Source: Vitrella brassicaformis CCMP3155 (Eukaryota > Protista > Chromerida). From it: a stretch of 64,000 bases of DNA. Each line of letters opens with the position of its first letter. The first letter of the stretch is position 1. A model generated the notes under the pieces. It had not been told where the DNA came from, ran no database searches, and saw only the letters and a list, made by a program, of their open reading frames with translations. The DNA is taken from positions 1 to 64,000 of the forward strand of contig CDMY01000432.1 of NCBI GenBank assembly GCA_001179505.1, read 5' to 3'. This document shows, piece after piece, positions 25,001-38,300 of the stretch. Both the position numbers and the translations under genes were made by a program.

Positions 25001-25784
25001 TTAGTAGGAGCCCTTCTTGTGTGTGGGTGCGGGTGCCTGGTAGGTCTGCTTGGTGTAGGTCGTGTGCGCCTGCCTATGGGCGGCTATGGTCGACACCGTC
25101 GTGCACTCCTTACCCACCAACTCAGCCCCCTTCGAACAGTAGTACTCTGGCGCGTAAGAAGTCTCGCTGACGCAGACCTCGGTCGCCGCAGGGGCAGCCT
25201 TGTGGTGCTTGCTGTAGCCCCTCACTCTCTTCTTGCTCCTGCGGCGGCGGCGGCGCCCCAACTCGCGCTTCTTGCCGTGCGACGTGTAGCCGCCCTTGCT
25301 GTGCCCGGTGCCGAGGTCATACCCATCGGGGCACACCTTGGTTGGGCTCTCCGTCTTGTATGTCACGCACGCGCCGTTCCTCATGCTGTAGCCCTTGGGA
25401 CACTTGGTCTGGTAGGGCAACACAGATGTCTTGCTGCAGTTCTCTGCATGACGAAAGAGGGACGGGGGAAAGGTGTGAGGCGTGTGTGTGTGGATGGGGT
25501 GGGTGAGGGCGGAGGGGTATCGGCTGACCGCCGGCGTCGTCGTATCCGTCAGGGCACTTCTCCGCGACTGGGTAGGTCTCCTCCTTGGTGCTGCATGCGC
25601 CAAGTGTTACAGAGGGGGAGTAGGGAGTAAGAGTTGTCATCCTTTCCTCTCTGGGTGGCTGACTGACCAGATTCCGCCCCTTTCTACTGCTTCCTCAGGG
25701 CACTTGGGGGTGGCATCGGTGACTTCAGTCTTCTTGCAGTCGGGCAGCTGGTAAGCGGCATCAGAGCACCTCACCAGATACCTG

Positions 25785-25815
<31 letters not shown>

Positions 25816-28108
25816 GAGAGAGAGAGAGGGGGAAGGACCGTCCTGTATGCGTCTTGTGCTTTTGCTTTTGCTTACGGTCGCTTGGAAATCCTGACGCATT
25901 TGCCCTCGGTGTCCTCGTAGCCAGTGGGGCATTTGGTGCTCATAGGGATCTCCTCGACAGTTGTGCAATAGCCGCCGCCGTTGAGCTCGCCCTGGTCGCA
26001 CACTGGTGTGGGCTTGCTGCTGGTGGTCTTGGTGCAGGTGTCCTTGCCCTGGGAGTAGCCCTTGGGACACTTGGCAATCTTGGACACCGTCGTGACTTTG
26101 GTGCAGGTCTGGCCGTCGCCCTCGTACCCCTTTGGGCACCGGTATTGCATCGGGGTCGTCTGACACGCAACACACATGGGTGCAGTGATTGATGTATGTG
26201 TCGGCCGACACGATGTGGTCTCTCTTTGGCTGACTGGACTGACCTCCTTCTGTGAGCAGGTGGGTTTGCCACTGGTGCCGTCGGGGCATGTGTACTGGTA
26301 GGGGGCCGTCGTGGTCTTGGTGCACGAGTCCTTGCTCTCGCCCGTGTGGTACCCAGGCGGGCAGCTGTCATGACACACATCCATCCATCCATCCATCTAT
26401 CCAGCACTCTCCTCGTGTCGTGCACGTGTGCATTCTGGCGCTCACTGGCTCATGGCTGGCTTGTACGAGCAGGCCGACGTCTTCTTGTCGGATGCCTGGC
26501 CGCAGAGCTCGCACATTGCGGCTCCGTTGGGGTCGGTGTGAGAGGAGGACGAGTATCCCTTGGGGCAGGAGGTGACCTTGGCGGCGGCCTCACTCTTGGA
26601 GCACCCAGTGCCCGTGTCGGTGTAGTCGTCGGGGCAGAACTTGGCCGCGGTGATCGTCGTATACGAGGTGCACTCGCCGCCCTTGCCCTGATTGATGCAC
26701 ACACACACACCGAGTGTGGGGGTGGGTGGGGGGGCAAGGGGGTAGTGACCTTGCTTCCACTGGTGCAGTAGCCGATCCCGGAGACAGAAGACGTGCGTGT
26801 GCACGCCTCGCCCGCGTCGTCGTAGCCCTGTGCACACACACACACGACGGATGGTGTGGTATGTCATTTCATTTGTTTCATTTGTTTCATGTGTTATGTC
26901 ATTTGTTTCATCCGTTTATTTTTGCGCGTACGGTCGGGCAGTAGTACTCCATCGGCACCGCGGTCGTCTCGTAGCAGTACCCCTTCTTGCCCGAGGGCGA
27001 GGAGCTGTCGGGGCAAACGTACTTCGGGCGCGTCACGGTCTTCTTCTCGCACTTGTCGCCCACCTTGGTGTAGCCCTGACACCAACCATCACACGCCACA
27101 CGCACAACACACGCATGATGGCCAGCACTCACAAACCAGACACCCACCCAGGCTCGCTTACGGGCTGGCAATACATGATGTAGTCCCTGGTTTCGGCCTT
27201 TTGGCATTCGGTGCCGGTGTCGGTGTGGTCGTCGGGACAGTAGTTCTCCTTGGGCACGGAGGTCTCCTTGTAGCACTTGGTGCCCTGCACCGTGTAGTCG
27301 TCGGGACATTCATAGGTGGCGTCGAACGTGCTCCTCTCCTTGCACTCGCCGCCCTCGAGCGTGCCCTTTGTGCAGTAGGTGATCTTGTTCACTGTGGTCG
27401 TCTTGGAACACTGGGTGCCTGGATGGGATGACACACGCACAGGGGGACACATGGCATGGGTGACTGCGGTCATCCCTCCCTCATTGGTGGCCACTGTGGT
27501 GTGCTAAAGTACCTACCATCGTCTTCGTATCCCTTGGTGCAGTATGTTTCTGGGGCTGCGGCGGTCTCCTGTCTGCAGGTGCCCTTGTGCATGTCATACC
27601 CGCCGGGGCAGACGAGCTCGTATGGCTTGGTGTCCGTGGTGGTGCACGTCATGCCGTTCTTGCCGCCGCCTGATGTTGTCGTGCCCTTCGGACACTGGGG
27701 CTGATTGAGACAGAAAAGAGATAGAGACACACACGAGTCGTGGGTGGGGGGTGGATGGCTCTCTGTGTGTGGCGTGGCGTGCAAGGTCACCTTCGCAGGG
27801 TAGCTGGTGGTCTTGCTGCAGGTGGCGCCCTTGCCTTCCTCTGATGGGCCCTCATACCCCTTGGGGCACGTGTAGCTGCATCACACAACAGACACAACAC
27901 ACAAAGGCGCACAAAGCACGGAGATTCATCGATGGATCCCGACACCACCAGGCAGATCTATCACCCCACCGAACCTGTAGGTGGTCACGGGCACTTGCTT
28001 AGAATGCACAGGGGGAGTGTAGCCCTTCTTCCCATGGCCGCTGTGGTGGTGCTGGGCGTGAGCCACAGCCAACAACAGGCAGCAAACAGCAGATGCGACG
28101 ACACGCAT
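25001..28108 (-). CDS. Secreted Cys-repeat protein resembling apicomplexan oocyst wall proteins (COWP/OWP type)
   Basis: Signal peptide MRVVASAVCCLLLAVAHA, His/Gly/Lys-rich start, then many C-P-x-G-Y-x(4-8)-C-x-K/T repeats (CPKGYEGDGQTCTK, CPDDYTDTGTGC, CPTGYEDTEGKC). About 10 introns. Confidence 0.75.
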
Positions 28109-29211
28109 TATGCCTTTGGCAGGGAGAAAGGGAGAGGCGCTGTGGCAAAAAGATCTGAGGGCAGGCGAGGGAGGCCGATAGAGCACAGAGGGGGAGGCGG
28201 TGGATACACCGACAACCACCAGCGTTTCCGGACGGATCTTTGAGTTTGTGTACTGGAGACGCACCTGTGGCCAAAGTCGATCGGGACTCTTCCCCGCAGC
28301 TTTTCCTCCTGCTGAAGGCCACGCAGTGCTGTCCTTGGGTCGATGGTGGCAGATCGTGGTGAATGCAGGTGCAATCCTTGGCTCCCCCTTCCAGCAGTAA
28401 ACTTGTGAGGCTCTTCCGCACAGCCAGCGTATGTACATTTCAATCAAGGGACGAAGCGCACGCACGAGTGGTCCTGGCAGGTTGGGGAGCAAAAATCCGT
28501 ATGAGTGGAGTGAGTGCATTGGCAGGCAGGGTGAGATGCGTGGACAGACAGTCAAGCAGCGATCCATGCTGTGTGGGGCTTCTTGCGTGTCAGTCAGCGT
28601 GCCTGTCTGTCTGCCATGCCGTGCGACCCTCCTCCATACAAAACCAGGGGATGCCGTGCCACTCGATCGACTCAACGCCGAGCGGATAAGCGTTCCCTCA
28701 TGCTGACGGAGGAAGATCACACGCTGACAGACAGACTTCCGTACGACACACACATGAGAACAGGACGGGCGCCCCTTCCCTTGACTTCATCGCAGGCAAA
28801 ACACCCTCAGGCAGAGAGACGGGGGCAGCATGGAGAGCCAGGCAGACACAGACAGATAGAGAGCTTAGCTTCCACCAAAAGGCTGATAGATAGAGTGATT
28901 GATGGCTAACAAATAGGGCGGACATACAGGTGGCGCCACAGACAGCACACGACACACGGCACATACACTCCACTGGCCTGAATGAGCATATGCGTGAATA
29001 GTATATGACTCATTCGCTGACTCCCTCATCACTGTGTATGTTGATGTACACACACTGCTGATATTTCTCGGGAAGACACATGCTCACCTGGCTTGCTGGC
29101 TGGCTGGAAAAAACCGTTCTCGGCAGGACAGGCAGGCAGGCAGGCAAAACAACAAACTCTTATCCATCCATCCATGCGCCAAATCCGGCAAGAGGCCGCT
29201 GTCCGGTGCTG

Positions 29212-31174
29212 TCATGACCACCTGGGTATGTTTTGGCTGCCCCCGTCCCCCATGCTGCCGCTGCCCTTGGGGATCTCCGAGCTGTCGCCGCCGCCCTCCT
29301 CCTCCTTGAGGGCATTCATGATGGCCGCCTTGGCTAACCGATACGCACGCGCACGATCCAACAGACGATAAATGTACCTGATGAGAGGAAAACAAAGGCA
29401 CGTATGTATGCATTCACTGGTCATTCATCTATCGGACTGTGGGTGTTAGCTCATGGCTACCGGAGTCGTTCGGCTGTGTCAGTGGTCTGCAAGAGATACT
29501 GCTTGTGCCGAACACTGCACACACAGAGATCACACGAACACGGCAAAGAGGGGAGGGATGGATGCCGGTCTTGCTGCCATGGCCATGCGGTGAGTGCAGT
29601 GCAAAGTTCTGACCTGAGTCCGGTGAGCAGCTCGCTAAGATCGAATGATGTGCGCACCAGATGCTCCCACGTTCGCGGCTGGGGCAGCTGCTTCCGACGC
29701 TCCTCAGGACTGACCAAATCAACACATCACACATACATGTGCGACAGGGGCGTGGGGTGAGAGCAAAGAGATCATGTAAGTGTGCGCGTTACCGTAAGTT
29801 TTGAGTGTGGTTGAGGTTGAATGTGTCTGTGTCGATGTTGATGATGGACGACACGATGTCCCACACGTCATCCTCCAACGACACCAAGGCTGCACAACGA
29901 CCAACACACGGACAACGTGCGTGTGTGTCATGCCTGGCTCGTCTTGCTGGCGTTACTGTGAGTGTCGTTGGTTGGGTTGTCCTCGATCGGCTCCACCAGA
30001 CCGCTGCACCAGGACAGATGCCGACACATCGAATGCACGAATGCAGGTGTGGTGTGGGTGTTCTGTGCACATGATGTGTGTACCTCATGTAGTCTTTGGA
30101 GTATCGGTCGCTGTCCCTCATAATTTTGAGCAGCTTAAACCTCTGAATACCCTGACCGCGGATATGATACAAACTGACCACACGCACAAAGCACACAACA
30201 CACATACATAAATGACATGGACAGATTCACTTCTTGCCTACCTTCCATCGGGCCTGAGTAGGTTAAAGTCCTCCACCCTGATGATGGTGCCTATCCTGCT
30301 GTACCGCTGCGCCCTCGGCTCCTGCCCTGCCTGCCCCGGCGCCACCTTCTCAGGCAGCAGCATCCCAAAACAAAAGTCACCCGGCTTCTGCAAAGCCTCC
30401 TCGTCTTCGTTCTCGCCAGTGCTGCTGTCGAAGGACGAGCCGCCCTCACTGCTGAACTGCTTGGCGCGAGCTGATACAGGGAGGCAGGGAGGGAGGGAGG
30501 GAGGCATAGGAAGACACTTGTGGACATGGTTGATTGCGTGGCCTTTCCGTCGTTTCTTGCGTACGTTGTCTGGTGATGTCTTTGAGCAGCTTGATGTACC
30601 TCGGCTCGAACAAAAGGAGAGTCTGATTTTGGTACGGAAAGACGATCGTCTCGAGAGGGAAGAGCGGCAGTTCGCGGGCCTTGCCAGTCGAGAAGACGTC
30701 AAAAGACAGCGTGGGGGGGTTCTCGGGGTCATACCACTCAATCTGCACAACAACCACACACCACCCGACACGGACACACGTAACCCTACCGCCATGCCAC
30801 CTCCCTCCCTCGCCTTGGCTGACCTGAGGATTCTCCAGCTGGTCAGCCAGGCTCTCTTCTTTAGCAGGGCCTGCCTTGGCTCCCGCGGCGCCCGCATCAC
30901 CCTTGCCGTCTTGCCTGCCCTCGCCAGATGCCTCGCCGCTCGGCTGCGCATCTTCATTGCCAGACCCTTGATCTGACTCCGACTCATTCTCCAATCCGCC
31001 GGCGGCGCTGAGCACCAGCCTGCTGGGGCGTAGCCTCAGCCGATGCCGCGCACCCCTCCGGCTGCTGCCCAGATCCCTCAGCGTTGCGCCTGGCACAAAA
31101 AGTGTTTGACGGTGGGAAAAAGAGCCGCAGAACTCGAGCAGTTGAAACAGGGATAGAACGGCGAGAGGCCACAT
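29212..31174 (-). CDS. Plastid-targeted Lon N-terminal (substrate-binding, PUA-like) domain protein without AAA+/protease modules
   Basis: ELPLFPLETIVFPYQNQTLLLFEPRYIKLL, FGM, IGTIIRVEDF..PDGR, VRGIQRFKLL. Bipartite leader MWPLAVLSLFQLLEFCGSF followed by an Arg/Ser-rich transit-like stretch. Confidence 0.8.
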
Positions 31175-31377
31175 GCCCTCTGTTGCCGAACGCATCACTT
31201 CCTCTTCTCCCTTTAAGCTCGCAAATTCGCAAATTCCGTGAAACCGCAGGCTCTTCCGCTCAGCTGTGGCAGCCTTGCTTCAGATCTCGCATCCGGAGTG
31301 AATGAAGATGGCAACAGGCTGAGTGCCACTCAATCGCACGATGAACCGATGACGTAATTGGTGAGGGGCCGGCAGCC

Positions 31378-34300
31378 ATGAATTGGATGGGTCAAGCGCA
31401 ACAGAGGGTCAAGCGGGTCAAGCGCAAGGCCGCTGAGGCCACTCAGAAGTCGTACTTCCTGGTCAGCAGACAAAAACTATGGGTGAATGTGGAGAAAACC
31501 GGTCAGTGACTCATTCAGCTGTCTGTATGTGTGTTTGTGTGGTGCAGAAGAGAGCCAGGCTGCAGGCCGAGGAAGACGGCAATCAGAGTGATCCGACCTA
31601 CCAGCAGATTTCCATGCAGTTGCTCCGGCCGCGCAAGAGCAAAGAGTCAATCGTCGACAAATACAAGTCATGATGATGAGGGCCAAACAGACGGGGATGC
31701 ATCGGCATTCTGTTGGTCTTTGTGTTGCCTGTGTGTGTGTATACAGGAAGGAGGATGAGGAGCGTGAGTTGCATCGCAAGCGGAACCGCAAGCCCGATGA
31801 GCAGCTGAAGCCCGATGCGTCATCCAAGCCCAAGCCCGACCTGCCCATGAGCCTCGCTCCTCCATCCCGGTGAGAGTTCGACGGCCTTCGTCTGATTCAT
31901 TCACTCACTCTCTTCTTGCGTGCGTGGTCTGGTGTGGTTTGTTTTGGTTTGGTGTTTGTCAGTCGTTCCATCGGCCAGCCATCGTATCGTGCGTCGGTGG
32001 ATGACCAGGAAGCAGGGGCGGCAGGAGGGGACGTCATCAGCGCGCCAAAGATTCCCATGTATCGCAGCAGACGCAACTCCCACCCGTGAGCTTGTCATAT
32101 GATGGGGCAGACATGTGTGTGTGTACATTGGCTGCCTGTGAGGTGGATGTGTCAGGGAGAGGGAGGAGCAGCCGTTCCAGGCGTTCCTCAAGCCCTCTGC
32201 GCCCTCCCTGCCAGCACCCATCGACACCAACCAATCGCACCAACTCAACCGCCCTCCAGCCGCCGCTGCCTCCTCCATGCGTCCGTTCGATAATGCCCCT
32301 GGCCTGCTGCCGCCTTCGACCATCTTCCGACAGGCGGAAGGTGCCACGGTTGGTGGTGGCGGACTCCGAGCGCTCAGTGACAACACGTCGGAGTCAGGCT
32401 TCCTTCTGAGGCCATTACCACGCGAGCGTGTTGAGGAGAGCGATGTGTGGGTGAGGGGTGCGGTGGAGTGGCCATCTGAGCGGAGGGTTGCGGGGGACTG
32501 GCGGGATGGGGAAATGCCGCTGATGTCGTCTCGGTGAGGGACTTTGTTACGCATGTGTGTTGACGATGGATCGTGGGTGCTTTTGTGTGTGTGTAGGCTG
32601 AAGGCTGGTTCAGACCCGCCCTGGCCCTCGATGGCTCCTGCCTCTCACCCGCCACTCTCATCACTCTCATCCATGCGTATTGGGCCGTCACATGACGACA
32701 GATACATGCTCACCGACTCATCCTTCCAACAGCACCACAATCGCAATGACATCGGTTAGCTAATTAAGAAGGTCGTTTCATCTCCTCGAAACGTGTCTGT
32801 GTGTTCTGTGGTGGCCTCAGGCTCGACTTTCTCTCTGCGTCCTCTTGCTCACGCACCACCCTCCGTGCAAGGCCAGTTCGAGCTCATGCCTCCCGCCGCC
32901 CCAGTGGACCATCCTCGACGTGACAACGCACCATTCTTCCTGCAGCGCCACCCACCCGCCCCACAGCACACTCACACGACGCTGACCGCCTCAGACGGAT
33001 GGATGCAGCCATCCTCATCGCTCTCGGCTATGGGAGGACCGCTGGAGGGGTATGCGGCTGCAGTTGTGAGGGACCCGCAGGCATCTCGTCAGGGGGGTGA
33101 TGGTGGATGGCGGCGTCCGGCGTCGATCGGTGGTCCGTTTGCTGGCGAGCAAGTGGGTGACGGGTGGGATCCGATGTCGCAGCTGCAAGAGCGGCGCGCA
33201 TCGGGGCTGATGGGCGGCCGGCCGCATGCCACCATGCAGCAGCCGTTTCAGCCATTCCCTGCAGACACCAGAGTGATTCATGACCAGGTGATAAGAGCAG
33301 GAGAGGCAGCCACCAGTGTCCCTGACCCCATATGAATTGGTTTTGCAGCCCTCACTGACCGACTGTCGAGATGACGAGCCCGACTTCGCCCACCCATCAT
33401 CCGTCTTCGCACGCCCCGACCGCCCCTTCGCCAAGCCACCCACCCCTCCCCTGTCACGCCACAAAGACACCAACATGCTGCAGCTCGCCAAAGCCGCAGC
33501 ACTCAAGTGCGGGAAAAGGGATGGTCGGATCAGACGGTTCATTTCCTGTATGTCTGTGTGTATGTGTGTGTGTGTGTGTGCGTGTGTATGTATGTGTTTG
33601 CATCAGGAATGCACTCTCACTTCCTGGTGCGGATGGCGGCGTGCCCTTCACCCTCCAGCAGCCGCCGCCCATCAGTGTGGGGGCAAACGACCATGAGCCG
33701 CAGCAAGAGCAGACCACCATGAACGTGAATGGGGCGACCGCCATGTGCATGAAGGAGAGCGATCAGTGGCCAACGGGGGCGTGTGGGAACGGAGATGGCG
33801 AGGGGGTCGGCTGTGGCGAAGCATCGCATGCACAAGTTGACAAGTGAGTGACTGTGCAGGAACAAGTGTAGCCACCCACCCATCCATCCATTCATCCATC
33901 CATCCATTGACGGTACTTGTGCGTGTGTGTGCAGTGGTGTGTGTGCGGAGGAGTGTGCCGATGAGGAGAGCTGTGTGGAAGAGGCCTGCGGAGATCCCAG
34001 TGCGGGCGCTCGCCGACTCAATTTCCCTGCTGTGCTTGAGGTACTGAACGAGACACACAATGACCCTTTTGGCCAGACTATAGGTGTATGTATGCGCTGT
34101 TACCTCTCACTCAGTTGAGTCCCGATTCGTCCTCTCCGCTGCCGCCTTTTTGCAAGCAGGAGAGGTCACAACAGGCCGACAGCGTGCGACAGCCAGACAG
34201 GTACACAGATGGAGAACGGCCTTCCCATATCTCTCTCTCCATTTGTTCTCTGTGACCATTTGCAGCCGGCCCGCCCTGACTACGATCAATGGCTTTCCGG

Positions 34301-34772
34301 CTTTGTCCCTCTTCAGTCTTTCCGCTGCAGATCGAGAAAAGCCACTTCTGCAGATCCTACAGACCATCCCTGTGTCTCGCGAGGCGCGTGAGGAGCAGGA
34401 CCTCAAGACACCTGCAGAGAAGCAGCGAGAGCCCCCAGCCTTCGCCACACTCATGCAAGCACAGACGCCACGACCGTTCCTCGCACTCATGGACAACCAG
34501 GGGCATCAGGCGGCGGCGGCGGCGGCGGCGGCGGCGTCAAATTGTGAGCCTCAGGGCCACAGCAGCACTCCCCATCCACAGCAAGAAGCCATCTGCGACA
34601 CAGACAGGTGCGAACACGAGACGGAAAGAGACGTGTGTGACGGGGGAGGGCGCCGCTTTATGTGGGATGTTGTGTGTGTGGTGTGTGCGCTAGCTCTGCA
34701 GCCCGCTCTCTGTCCAGTCGAGCAGCGGATGATGACATGGACAAGCAACAGAAGGAACACATGCAACACCAG
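31378..34772 (+). CDS. Largely disordered protein with a REDIC1/C12orf40-like N-terminal motif (3' end uncertain)
   Basis: Exons 31378-31461 and 31548 onward splice to MNWMGQAQQRVKRVKRKAAEATQKSYFLKRARLQAEEDGNQSDPTYQQISMQLL, followed by many low-complexity exons. Family assignment is from recalled similarity, not a search. Confidence 0.55.
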
Positions 34773-35313
34773 GTGAGAGGATTGAACGGGACGCATCCAC
34801 TCGTGTCTCTCTCCTTCTCCGTGTGTGTGTGTTGGTTGGTTGTCAGTGTTATGAGTTCTCTCTCCCCCTCCCTTTGACTCGAGTCGAGTGGAAGGTGCCG
34901 TCTTTGATGTTGGCCCAGTCAGTCCCCCTCATGTTTGCGCGTGACGCACACATACACAACACACACAGCACGGACATGTTCCAGCACCAGCAGCAGCAGT
35001 CTCTGTGTACCGTACTACCGTGTCACCTCATGTATCGACTCATCGCAAACACGTGACGGCATGGAAGGACAGACAGACGGACACATGGACGTGGGTACGT
35101 GTCTTCATGTAGCAGACGGTCAGACAGACAGCAATACAATACATGAATGCATGGATCGGATGGCTGACTGCAAGTGGCACACTGTGAGCAAAACACCGAT
35201 TTCGTGGTGGACGTCCTACGCACAGCCCAGTCTCCTCCCTCCCACCCTCCTTCCCCTCCCCCGCCGAAACACAAAAACCCGTGTGCATCGGGTGTGTAAA
35301 AAGAGCGCGACCC

Positions 35314-38300
35314 CTATCTCTTGTCGGTCTTGAAATTGCTGGAACGACAACAGACAGATAACAGAAAATGGGCGTCCATTTCTGCTTTCTGACTGCACTC
35401 ACCTCATCCATGAGTCCCATTCGTTGTACATGTCTTCCATGTTGCCAAATATTCTCTGAATCTCCTGAGCGTGGTTCTGGATCCGACGGATCTCCTGCAC
35501 GACCAAGATACACCAAGACATAGAGACACGCGATATATAAATATGGACCACATGGTTCACGCATCTGCGCACTGACCTGCAGGTTCTGGTCGTTCATTTC
35601 CTTGATTTTGTTGGCCATCTCGGGTTTCTTCTTTGGCTTGGCCTTTGCCTCCCCCTCAGCGGCGCCCTCTTCCAGCCCCTCATCGAGGCCGTCCATCTCA
35701 TCCTCTTCGCCCGCCGTCCCCTCGATCATCGCCCGCATCTTGGCGATCGGCGACTCATCGCCCTCCAACGCCAATCGCAGACTTTGAACCTGATAAGTGA
35801 GTGGGAGAGACACAGACAGACAGACAGACAGACAGACAGATGGGTGAGGGAGGGATGAATGGAGGGATGGATGGTTTGTGACCTCTTCCTCCCTCTCTTG
35901 CAGCTCCAGTTTGCATTTCTCGAGCTGTGATTTGAGTTTCTCTGTGTCGAGAAGCTTGGCCACGTCGGTGGGTGACGCCTCCAACCAGGGATCCGTCTCA
36001 GGGACCAGATGAACAGTACCTGCACGAACAAACCAACGGATGAGCACGAGACACATACGGATGTGTGTGTCTCTGCCGTTTTCCCACCCCCCAACCTACC
36101 CACCTGATTCGAGGTACTGCTGGAACACGTCTCGCATGAGCTCGAGGCGCTCCAGGAACTTGTCCAACTCCCATGCGTACAGGACGTCCGCGTGCCTACG
36201 TCGCCATACACGCAGAGCCATGGCATCTGATCAATCTCTTTCTGTGTGTGGCGCAGTGACCTGTGGTCAGGTTTCCATGTGTGTTTGGCCTTCTTGAAGA
36301 CCTCCATGAGCCCCGGTTTCCTCAGTTGACGGACAATCATTTGGAACTTCTGCTTGGCCGACTTGTCGCGCCACAGACGGACGATGAACTCAGGCTCGTC
36401 GGACTCATACGTGTACACGTCAGATATCACCTCGAGGGAGAACCTGATGGAAGCGGTCTGATGAGCAAAGTGCCTCGTGTGTGTGGGGAAGTGGGAGTGC
36501 ACCTGAGTCTGTCCTTTGGTCTGATTTCCTTGGTGATGTCGTTGGCCTCGTCGACCAGCTTCTGGGCCTTGCTGAACGAATGCAGGAACGCCTGAGCCTT
36601 GTACTCGCCTATGCGGCCCTGCAAACAATACACACACATGGATGTATAATACGGTCGGCCGGAAGTCAGTATGCAGTGGGTACCCTGAGCTCTTCGATGT
36701 ATGCCTTGGCCTGCACGAACGACTGGCTCTCCTCATCCACCACCTCACCCAACACCTGACACACGGATGGATGGATGGATTGACGGATGGACTTTGTGGT
36801 CTGAGTGCCAGCTGCGTTGCGGTGCATACCTTATCAAGGTCCCAGGACTCGTTTTCGTCAAGTGTCTGCTGCTTTGTCATACCAACGGACTTCATCGTCT
36901 GAAGCCACAAGGGAAGCCCGCAGACACGGCAGTGTCTCTATATATCTTCAGTGTCATTCATGCCTCCGCTGCGCACCTCCAGTTCCTTGGGAACGACGAG
37001 ACGAAATGCAAAGGCACGTCCGATGACGAGCCGGTCATGGTGGTGGAGTGTGCTACCCTTGGTGTCCACCCGACGGCCGTTGACCAGCACACGGTTCTCA
37101 GAACCGTCAGACGGCACTATGCGGGATCGGGATCATGCAACGATGCATGTCTCTGTCCTGTGTGAATGTAGGCATGTAGGTGTGCGTGCGGCCTACCAGT
37201 AATGACAAGGTGCGAGTTGTCGACATTGGTGATGGTGCACATTCGGGAATGGACGGCGAGACCCTTCAAAGTGATGGTGCACTCCTGATAGACGTGAATG
37301 ACCAGTGACAATGAGACACCGACATGCGGATCGACTGGCCGGCTCTCACCTCTTCGCTTCCAATGGTGGTGTCCTCGCCGTTCTTGAGGAAATACATCAG
37401 GCACCCTGGTAATGGAGACACGAACAGATATGTCAGGAAGACGTGACGGCTCGCGGCAGCTGTCTGCTGGCCGGCAGGCAGACAGGCAGGCGCACCGGAG
37501 AGCATGGGGTCATCAGAGATGTTGAGGAGGTAGGGGCACTCCTTCTCCACATCAAACACACTACCGATATCTGCAGAGTGGAGTCCCATTTGTCGCATGG
37601 CTTCTTCACGGATGCGGTTCATCTCCTGGGTCTTGCGCATCTGAGGCACCACCACACAAACACAACGGACGTCGTGCTCACTCGCTGCCCGTCTCTGCAT
37701 TGATACCATTTCTTCCCATGAGGTCTTGTAGTGGTTCACCAGGTCCTCTCTGACACACACACACACACACACACGCGCACACATCAGAACACAGACAGAA
37801 GGTCAGGCGCCTCGCCAACCTTTCCGCCAGCTGTCTCTTGATTTCATCCGAGGCTATGCCGCCACCAGCACCAGACATGAGCTGCAGCTTCAGCCTGACA
37901 ACGGACACACACACGCACACACACATAAAGACACACACACATCCACAAGGTCAGCGCGTGAAGTCGCCCAGCATACATACTTACTTTTCGATCTCTTTTT
38001 GCAGCGAGGCGACGATCTTCTCATCCGACTCCTCGTTCTTCTTGGCGTGTGTCTTGACTTTCTTGCACGTGGCGGCGAACCTGAGAGTGGAGAGGGTCTC
38101 CTCGTAGTTGGACTTGGCCGGCGACAGCGCAGCTATCATCACCGTCTTGGAGTTGCCGCTCAACGAGTCGCTGACACACAGGGAAGCAAATGTGTGTATG
38201 TGTGTGTGTGTGTCTCGTTCGGCAAAGCACCTGAGAAGGTATGTCAGCTTGGAGTTACGGAAAGGCACGTGAGCGCCCTTCTTCCCTGACACACAGCACA

